Shown piece by piece: positions 57,353-64,000 of a stretch of 64,000 bases of DNA. The stretch is taken from contig CAZKXX010000005.1 in NCBI GenBank assembly GCA_964556705.1, forward strand, positions 197 to 64,196, given 5' to 3'. The notes beneath the pieces are model-generated. The model worked only from the letters and a program-made list of their open reading frames with translations. It searched no databases and was not told where the DNA came from. Within the stretch, counting starts at the first letter, position 1; every line of letters begins with the position of its first letter. Made by a program: the position numbers and the translations under genes. Source of the DNA: an uncultured Acidobacteriota bacterium (lineage in GTDB: Bacteria; Acidobacteriota; Terriglobia; UBA7540).

Positions 57353-60124
57353 ATGCGGCTGTTCCGTAAACCGATCGTCGTCGTGGCGATTCTGGCCCTG
57401 ACCGGCGGCTTCGTCTCCTGGTGGCGCAACTGGCGTCCGGTCAGCGGCGCTTTCTACACCGTGGCCGTGGACCAGTACCAGGCCGGCGAGTTCGAAGGGT
57501 CGCTCGAGAACCTGAGGAAGGCTTACCGGCTGAATCCGCTCGACACGGCGATCCTTCGACAGATCGGCTGGAGCCATTTGAGGCTGGGGAACTACGACGA
57601 GGCGCACCGCTACTTTCTGCGCGCCTTGCGCTTCAACCCCCGGCTTGATGAGGCGCGCCTCGGCCTGGGCTACGCACTGCTCGAAAAGCGAGAATTCGCG
57701 CGCGCCCTGGCGTTATTCGACCGGCTGCCGGAGGAGATGCGCGAGGCTTCGGACGTGCAGGGGGCGCTGGCGCGAGTCGCGCGGCTTCAAGGCCGCAACC
57801 GCGACGCGCTCGGCATCGTGGAGAAGATGTTGCAGAAGAATTCCCAGGACGCCCTCGGCCTTCAGGAGCTCGCCTTCCTGACGGGCGCCGGAAGCCTCCA
57901 GGAGCTGGAGGCCCGTCGCAGCGGACCGGCCGAACGGCCCGACTCGCGGACGCTGCGCGCCCGGATTCGCGACGGCTTCTTTGAAGTCCCTGCGGGCGGC
58001 GGCTGGAAGAGGCTCTACATCGCCGGAGTCAACATCGGACCGGCAGTTCCCGGCCGTTTCGCCTCCGAGCCCCCCGTCGAAATGAGCGTGTACCTTGAAT
58101 GGCTGAACCTGATCCGCGAAATGGGCGCCAACACGGTCCGCCTCTACACGCTCCTTCCCCCGGCCTTTTACCGCGCGCTCGACGAGCACAACGCCGTGCA
58201 CGCGGCGACGCCCCTTTATCTCTTTCAGGAAGTCTGGCTCGAAGACCCGCCGCTCGACAACCTTCTCGACCCTTCCTTCACGGCGGGGTTCGAGAAAGAA
58301 ATCCGGCGCGTCATTGACGCCCTGCACGGCCGGGCGGACATCGCGTTCGAGCGCGGCCACGCGGCGGGCCTCTACGAGGTGGACGTCTCCCGCTACGTCC
58401 TCGCCTGGGTGATCGGGCGGGAGATCGAGCCGCATGTAGTCATCACCACGAACCTGCGGAATCCCGGCGTCAGCAACTTCCGGGGACGCTACCTCCGGAT
58501 CGAGGACGGAAACCCGACGGAAGTCTGGCTGACGCGCATGTGCGACGGCGCGGTGGCCTACGAAATCGAAGCGTACAACCAGGAGCGGCCGGTGGCGTTT
58601 GTGAACTGGCCGCCGCTCGACCCCCTTGAGCATCCCAGCGAATCGCGGCTCGTGGATGAATTGAAGATTCGCGCCGCGCGGGGCGAAAAACTGGCGCCGC
58701 TCGGTCTGGGCGTTCAGGACGATCTCGACGTCGTTTCCGTGGACGAGGAAAAAGTCACCGCCCAGCCCCACTTCGAGGCGGGTTACTTCGGTTTCCTGCA
58801 CGTGTACCCCTTCTGGCCCGACTTCATGTTCCAGGAGCCGCAGTTCCTGGAGGCGCGCGACCACCTCGGCCCCAGCGCCTACTGGGGCTACCTCCAGGCG
58901 CTCAAGCGGCACTATCGCCGCACCCCCCTGCTGATTGGCGAGTATGGGATGTCCACGAGCCTCGGCATCGCGCACTTCCATCCTCATGGCATGCATCACG
59001 GCGGAATGAGCGAGCAGCGGCAGGGCGAGATGGTCGTGCGCCTCACCAAGAACATTCGCGACGCGGGGTTTGCAGGCGGCATCCTGTTCGAGTGGATAGA
59101 CGAGTGGTGGAAACACAACTGGATTGCCGACGAGTGGGAGAAGCCGTTCCACCGCAAAGCGTTCTGGCACAACGAGCTGAACCCGGAGCAGTCATTCGGA
59201 TTGGCGAAGTTCCTGCCTCGGGCCCTCCTCCACTACACTCCCCTCGGGACGCCGGCTCCGGCCACCGAAGCGCAAACGCGCCCGCCCCGAATCCGCGGGG
59301 TCGAGTGGGCCCGGGACGCGGCGGCTTTTTATGTGGATGTCGTCCTCGACCTGCCGCGCGGCGCTGAGCCCGACTGGAGCCGCGACCGTTACCTGATTAC
59401 GCTCAACACCTGCGACGCGCCTTGCGGGTCGGGAACGTTGCCTTACGCCAACGTGCGGGTTGAGCCGGGAGCGAATTTTCTGGTCCACGTGGCCGGCCCG
59501 GACTCGACGCGCCTGCTGGTGGCGCGGAACTACAACCCTTACCGTGCGGTGACGGTCGAAGGCGTCTCGGGCGGCGTGGAGCTGACCGTGCCGCCTAACC
59601 TCGACCTGTCGTTCGACGCCGCGGGCGCGTTCGACGAGCTGGTGATCGAAACCAACCGCCGCCGCTACGCGCGCGACGGGCGCGTTTTCGAGCCCATCCG
59701 CTACAGCCGCAGCCCGCTCGGCTACGGCGTGTTCGACACCATCTCCAGCGCCTACGACTCGCGCGCCCAGTGGTATTACGACTCCGCCTCGCGCCGTCTG
59801 CGCTTCCGGCTCTCCTGGGCGCTGCTGCTGACCCTCGACCCTTCCCAGGGATTCATCTACGCGGGAACCAACGGCCGCGCGGAAACCTTGGGACGCACGT
59901 CGAACCGCATCGAATTGAGCGCGGTCGCGTACCCGGAAGGCGGAGACGCGGCACAGGTGGTCGCCGGGGAGGCTGCGGGCGGGGTGATTACCCAGGGACT
60001 GGAAGTGCCCTGGCCCCGGTGGAACGAACTGCCCCACCGGCTGAAACTGAAGCAGAGCTATCCGATCGTCGCTGAAGCGCTTGGCCGCCTGACCGGCTAC
60101 GGCGCCTCGGCAGGAGGCCCGTAA
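57353..60124 (+). CDS. TM/signal anchor + TPR + clan-GH-A-like TIM-barrel glycosidase/transglycosylase candidate (paralogue 2)
   Basis: It has GANTVRLYTLLPPAFYRAL, VIGREIEPH (acid/base-like Glu), FVNWPPLDP, LLIGEYGMSTS (nucleophile-like Glu) and LFEWIDEWW. Confidence 0.65.
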   Translation: MRLFRKPIVVVAILALTGGFVSWWRNWRPVSGAFYTVAVDQYQAGEFEGSLENLRKAYRLNPLDTAILRQIGWSHLRLGNYDEAHRYFLRALRFNPRLDEARLGLGYALLEKREFARALALFDRLPEEMREASDVQGALARVARLQGRNRDALGIVEKMLQKNSQDALGLQELAFLTGAGSLQELEARRSGPAERPDSRTLRARIRDGFFEVPAGGGWKRLYIAGVNIGPAVPGRFASEPPVEMSVYLEWLNLIREMGANTVRLYTLLPPAFYRALDEHNAVHAATPLYLFQEVWLEDPPLDNLLDPSFTAGFEKEIRRVIDALHGRADIAFERGHAAGLYEVDVSRYVLAWVIGREIEPHVVITTNLRNPGVSNFRGRYLRIEDGNPTEVWLTRMCDGAVAYEIEAYNQERPVAFVNWPPLDPLEHPSESRLVDELKIRAARGEKLAPLGLGVQDDLDVVSVDEEKVTAQPHFEAGYFGFLHVYPFWPDFMFQEPQFLEARDHLGPSAYWGYLQALKRHYRRTPLLIGEYGMSTSLGIAHFHPHGMHHGGMSEQRQGEMVVRLTKNIRDAGFAGGILFEWIDEWWKHNWIADEWEKPFHRKAFWHNELNPEQSFGLAKFLPRALLHYTPLGTPAPATEAQTRPPRIRGVEWARDAAAFYVDVVLDLPRGAEPDWSRDRYLITLNTCDAPCGSGTLPYANVRVEPGANFLVHVAGPDSTRLLVARNYNPYRAVTVEGVSGGVELTVPPNLDLSFDAAGAFDELVIETNRRRYARDGRVFEPIRYSRSPLGYGVFDTISSAYDSRAQWYYDSASRRLRFRLSWALLLTLDPSQGFIYAGTNGRAETLGRTSNRIELSAVAYPEGGDAAQVVAGEAAGGVITQGLEVPWPRWNELPHRLKLKQSYPIVAEALGRLTGYGASAGGP

Positions 60125-63100
60125 TGACCGAGCAAGTTGGATTCCCGCGCGCCTGGCCCCGCCCCGGCGGGCTGGCGCGAGTCTTCGTCCTGACCGGGCT
60201 CCTGGTCGGGATGAGCGCCCCTGTCCCGGCCGGCGCTTTCCCGCCGCAGGCGACGACACAGGTGCGTCAGGCGGCGATTGCCAAGTCCAACCGTCGTCTG
60301 GCCGTCGAGCCCATGGACTTCGGGACGCGCGTGGAACTGGCGCGGCTGCTCGCGCAGGAGCGCGACTTTGCCGCTGCGCTCGAAAATTACGAGTTTGTTC
60401 TCCGCCATCGTCCGGAAAACCTCGCGGCGCGCATCGGCCGCGCGCAGGTGCTCGGCTGGACGGGCCGCCATCGCGAAGCTCTCGCCGAGGTGGAAAAGGT
60501 CCTCGCCGCGAACCCCAGGAACTTCGAAGCGCGGATCGTCAAGGCCTACAACCTGCTCTGGCTGGGTGAACTGAGTCAGGCGAAATCCCTCTTTGAGCAG
60601 TTGGCCCGCGAGAACCCACGCCATTCCGACGCGCGCGAAGGGCTGATCGAAGTCGAAAAAGCCGAACGCGCCGCCGCCGATGCGCCGCCGCCGGCTCCCG
60701 CCCGCACACCGGCTCTGGAAGCCGCCGAGCGCGCCGAAGCGGAAGGGAATTACGCGGAGGCGGTCCGCCAGTACCGCCAGCACCTCGCCCAGTCTCCGCG
60801 CGACTCCGACGCCGAATTCCGCCTGGCGCGCGTCCTGGGCTGGAACCGCGATTACGCGGAGTCGGAAAAGGTGCTCCGCGACTACGCTCAGCGCTTTCCC
60901 TCTAACCCCGAGGCGTTCTTCCAGCTCGCCCGCGTGCTGAGCTGGCAGGAGAAATATCCCGAGGCCGTGGACTATTACCGCAAAGGCCTGGCCTTGCGTC
61001 CCGAAGCCGACGCGCAGCGCGTGGAGTTGGCGCGCGTGCTGGCCTACACGGGCGAGCACGCCCGCGCCCTCGATGAATATCGAGTCGCCCTCCAGATGCG
61101 CCCTGACAATCGCGAGGCGCAGGTGGGTGTCGTGGAAGCGCTGATCCAAACCGGGGAAATCGGCACGGCCCGGCGGGAAATAAACCGGCTGAGCCAGCAG
61201 TATCCGGGCGACCGGCAAATCGAGGCGCTCAAGCAGGACTTGGAATCGGCCACGCTGCGCCGGGCCCGCGACCAGGCCACCGGCCCCGAGGCCGAGGCCC
61301 GCCTGCGCGCGCTCGTAAACGAAAATCCCGAAAGCGTCGAGGCGCGCATGGCGCTGGCCGAAGTGCTGCTGGCGCGCAACGACTTTCCCGGCGCGCTCCA
61401 GGAGTTCCGCGCCGTCCGCCAGCTTCGTCCTGACGATGAGGCGTTGCAACTGCAACTGGCACGCGTGCTGAGCTGGAACCAGCAGTTCGCCGAGTCCGTC
61501 AAGCTCTATCAGGAGTATCTCGTCCGGAACCCGCAGGATCTGCCGGTGCGCCAGGAAATGGCCCGCGTGATGAGCTGGTGGCGCGACTACAACGCCTCCG
61601 TCGCCGAATACCGGCGCATCCTGGCCGAGAACCCCGACGACACACAGACGCGACTGGAAATGGCGCGCGTGCTCTCCTGGTCGCGCGAATACGGCCCCGC
61701 GTTGGAGGAGTTTGAGGACCTGATTCGCCGCGACCCGAAGAATTTTGACGCCTGGCTCGGCAAAGGGCGCGTCCACACTTACCGCCAGCAGTGGAAGGAC
61801 GCGCGGCGGGCACTGGATACGGCGCTCGAAATCAAGCCCGGAGACCGTGAAGCGACGACCGCACGGGCCCAGGTGGAACTCTGGTCGGGCAATCCCGACG
61901 GCGCGCAGAAGATGTTGTCCGAACTCCATGCGGCTGACCCCTCGGATACGACCGTCCTGCTCTCGATGGCCTCCGCCGAGAATTCCCTGGGCCGGCCCGA
62001 CCGCGCCCTCAATTTGCTCGAAGAAGCCGAACGTATCGAGCCGCGCAACACCGACGTCCGCGCCCTGCGCGAGGCTATCCAGCGTGGCATGCGCCCCGAA
62101 CTTCGCTTCGGCTGGAGCTACGTCCGCGACACCGAAGGGCTCAACATCTGGCGCTACCAGCTTCTGGATTTCCGCTTCAATCTCCACCCGCGGCTGCGAA
62201 ACTTCATTACCGTGGACGTGTTGCCCTCGTCGGCGCTGGCCGAAATTTTCGGCTATCGAGTGTTTCAGAACGGCGAGTCCTTTTTCTCCCCGCGCGTACC
62301 CGTGGAGCCCTTTGTTCCCGCCCCGACCGCGCTGGGGTTTGACGACTTCCCGCCGGATGTGCTGGTCTCCGGCGGTGACCGCATCGCCCAGAACGCGCTC
62401 CAGTTTCAGTTCGGCGGGACGGCGCAAATCTCCTCGGCGTTCTCGCTTACGGCGAGCGGGGGCTTGATCCAATTGCGCCACGGTGCTCGCGATTTCAGTG
62501 GATTGCCTGCCACACACGAGCGGGCCATCTGGTCCGTCTCGCCGACGTTCAAGCTTGGCCGGCATGTGCAAATCAACCTGGGCACTGCGCGGCGGTATTT
62601 CCCTTACACCCCGAAGTCGGTGGCGCAGACCATGCACGCCGACGAATACACGGGCGACCTCATCCTGAGCCCCGATTCGCGCACGCGCATCGCCTTCGGT
62701 TATTACCACCGCGCCCTTTCGCCGGAATTCCTCCTGCCCGACATCCCGTTGCCCGACGGCGGCACTTTTGCCGGCCGCGTCTTCCGGAGAAAAGGCAACG
62801 GCGGCACCCTCTCCGCCACCCGTATTCTCTGGCGCGGCGAGAAGGCGGAGTTCGAAGCGGGTTACGACGCCATGCTCTTTGGCTATACGAGCCCGGAGGG
62901 ACTGCCCTCGCCGGAGTTCTTCCTGAACACCGGCTTCTTCACGCCCAGCTTCTACCAGCGCCACGCGGGGCTGGCGCGCGTCACCTTGAAGCCTTCGCGT
63001 TACATCGTCTGGGACCTTCACGGGACGGCGGGCCCGCAGCAGATCCGGCAGCGGTCCGATTTCAGCTTCAGCTCGACGGCGGGCTCGCGGCTGGATTTCG

Positions 63101-63240
63101 TCTTTACCCCCGACTTCGTGCTGAGTGTCGGGTACGACTATTTCAACACAGCTTCCGCGCTCCAGGCGCTCATCGTGCCCGGCCGCGCGGCCGCCTATCA
63201 CAGCAACAACGTCTATGCGACGTTGCTGATTCGATTTTAG
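60124..63240 (+). CDS. TPR-rich outer-membrane export porin (PgaA/BcsC-like): signal peptide, about 15 TPR, C-terminal beta-barrel
   Basis: Its start overlaps the previous stop (TAATG). It has many TPR units (LARVLGW/LARVLSW repeats). The last ~380 aa show an alternating beta pattern ending in YATLLIRF, with an aromatic C-terminus. Confidence 0.7.
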   Translation: MTEQVGFPRAWPRPGGLARVFVLTGLLVGMSAPVPAGAFPPQATTQVRQAAIAKSNRRLAVEPMDFGTRVELARLLAQERDFAAALENYEFVLRHRPENLAARIGRAQVLGWTGRHREALAEVEKVLAANPRNFEARIVKAYNLLWLGELSQAKSLFEQLARENPRHSDAREGLIEVEKAERAAADAPPPAPARTPALEAAERAEAEGNYAEAVRQYRQHLAQSPRDSDAEFRLARVLGWNRDYAESEKVLRDYAQRFPSNPEAFFQLARVLSWQEKYPEAVDYYRKGLALRPEADAQRVELARVLAYTGEHARALDEYRVALQMRPDNREAQVGVVEALIQTGEIGTARREINRLSQQYPGDRQIEALKQDLESATLRRARDQATGPEAEARLRALVNENPESVEARMALAEVLLARNDFPGALQEFRAVRQLRPDDEALQLQLARVLSWNQQFAESVKLYQEYLVRNPQDLPVRQEMARVMSWWRDYNASVAEYRRILAENPDDTQTRLEMARVLSWSREYGPALEEFEDLIRRDPKNFDAWLGKGRVHTYRQQWKDARRALDTALEIKPGDREATTARAQVELWSGNPDGAQKMLSELHAADPSDTTVLLSMASAENSLGRPDRALNLLEEAERIEPRNTDVRALREAIQRGMRPELRFGWSYVRDTEGLNIWRYQLLDFRFNLHPRLRNFITVDVLPSSALAEIFGYRVFQNGESFFSPRVPVEPFVPAPTALGFDDFPPDVLVSGGDRIAQNALQFQFGGTAQISSAFSLTASGGLIQLRHGARDFSGLPATHERAIWSVSPTFKLGRHVQINLGTARRYFPYTPKSVAQTMHADEYTGDLILSPDSRTRIAFGYYHRALSPEFLLPDIPLPDGGTFAGRVFRRKGNGGTLSATRILWRGEKAEFEAGYDAMLFGYTSPEGLPSPEFFLNTGFFTPSFYQRHAGLARVTLKPSRYIVWDLHGTAGPQQIRQRSDFSFSSTAGSRLDFVFTPDFVLSVGYDYFNTASALQALIVPGRAAAYHSNNVYATLLIRF

Positions 63241-63411
63241 GCGGCTCGAAAGGCGCGACACCGAACGGTCGGTCGGCGAGCTGACGGCCCGGGAGGAACT
63301 GGAACTTTAGTACTATTCCCATCCGGCGGGGAAAGGGTATACTCCCTGCCCTGAAGTCACCGGTTCACAGCCTTGAGCAAAGCACGGCCATCCGCGGATG
63401 GCCAAAGGAGC

Positions 63412-64000
63412 ATGAACATGACGCGCCCGCGTCTGGTTTCGGTCCTCGCACTCGTCTGTCTGGCCCTGTTCACCGCCACCCTCGCCTCCGCTGCCAAGAA
63501 GGGCAAGGGGAGCACGACGCCGCTGACCGCCACCTGGTCGAACCCTGTCGCGGTCGGAGTCCACGACGACGGCAACCCCGTTTACGACCACGGGACTTCC
63601 GGCGTTCAGTGCTACTTCGGCGTGAACCAGAAGGACGCCAACCTCGTCACCTACAACACGCCGCGCAAACTCCGCTTCTTTTTCGATTCCAGTTCGACGG
63701 CCTGGCAGAATTCCGGCCTGGCTCAGGACTTTTTGGCGGAAGTGGATTTGTTCGGGGTCAATTACTTCGGCCCCTATCCGAGCATGGGTGTCGGCACCAC
63801 CGCTCAGGTGCAGATGGACCTGGAGTTCAAAGTCGGCAAGTTGACATACGAACTGGATTATCCTTCGCTGGCGGCGATGAGGCTTTCGGAAACTGAGTGG
63901 CTCATCACTTCAGACCCGGGTGACATCCCCGGCAATCCGGGGTTTACCGCGAGCGACTTGGCTTCGCTGAACGTCATCCGCCGTCGCAGCCAGGAGCAGT
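63412..64000 (+). CDS. secreted hypothetical protein (3' end outside window)
   Basis: This ORF is not in the supplied track because it has no stop in the window. The ATG at 63412 follows AAAGGAG and gives MNMTRPRLVSVLALVCLALFTATLASAAKK.... I translated frame 1 by hand to nt 64000 without finding a stop. Confidence 0.6.
   Translation, partial: MNMTRPRLVSVLALVCLALFTATLASAAKKGKGSTTPLTATWSNPVAVGVHDDGNPVYDHGTSGVQCYFGVNQKDANLVTYNTPRKLRFFFDSSSTAWQNSGLAQDFLAEVDLFGVNYFGPYPSMGVGTTAQVQMDLEFKVGKLTYELDYPSLAAMRLSETEWLITSDPGDIPGNPGFTASDLASLNVIRRRSQEQ

Overview
High-GC (roughly 63-66% by eye) bacterial chromosomal segment that is densely coding. I saw no transposase, integrase, CRISPR array, rRNA or obvious prophage. 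All calls come from reading the supplied ORF translations, remembered family motifs and hand checks of start codons and RBS; no search tools were run. The taxon cannot be established; TAT-exported Gfo/Idh/MocA oxidoreductases, an S46 peptidase and many TPR proteins are only loosely compatible with Acidobacteriota-like soil bacteria. Left third: a co-directional minus-strand housekeeping array (cobB-like Sir2, larC, metG, tatD, polyprenyl synthase, CYTH, two tandem tatA copies, tRNA-Asn). This is followed by tRNA-Lys and a trio of TAT-signal carbohydrate-type enzymes. Middle: central metabolism (class I fumarase, beta-carbonic anhydrase, pyrB) is interleaved with a striking amount of second-messenger signalling. 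That includes a CyaB1-like GAF-GAF-PAS adenylate cyclase, a large PAS hybrid histidine kinase, and four PilZ-domain proteins. Three of the PilZ proteins belong to one paralogous PilZ + 4-Cys zinc-ribbon (+ second PilZ) family. There is also an ECF sigma/anti-sigma pair. Right third (51.4-63.2 kb): a tightly packed five-gene locus that looks like a synthase-dependent exopolysaccharide secretion system. It encodes a TM-anchored HEAT-repeat protein, a processive GT2 synthase, two paralogous TPR + clan-GH-A-like TIM-barrel proteins, and a TPR + beta-barrel porin. One of the two paralogues has lost both candidate catalytic glutamates. This parts list matches none of the classical Pga, Bcs, Pel or Alg layouts. 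That locus and the PilZ-zinc-ribbon family are my best candidates for something undescribed. Most very long ORFs in the track that lie antisense to these genes are high-GC shadow ORFs and were rejected.
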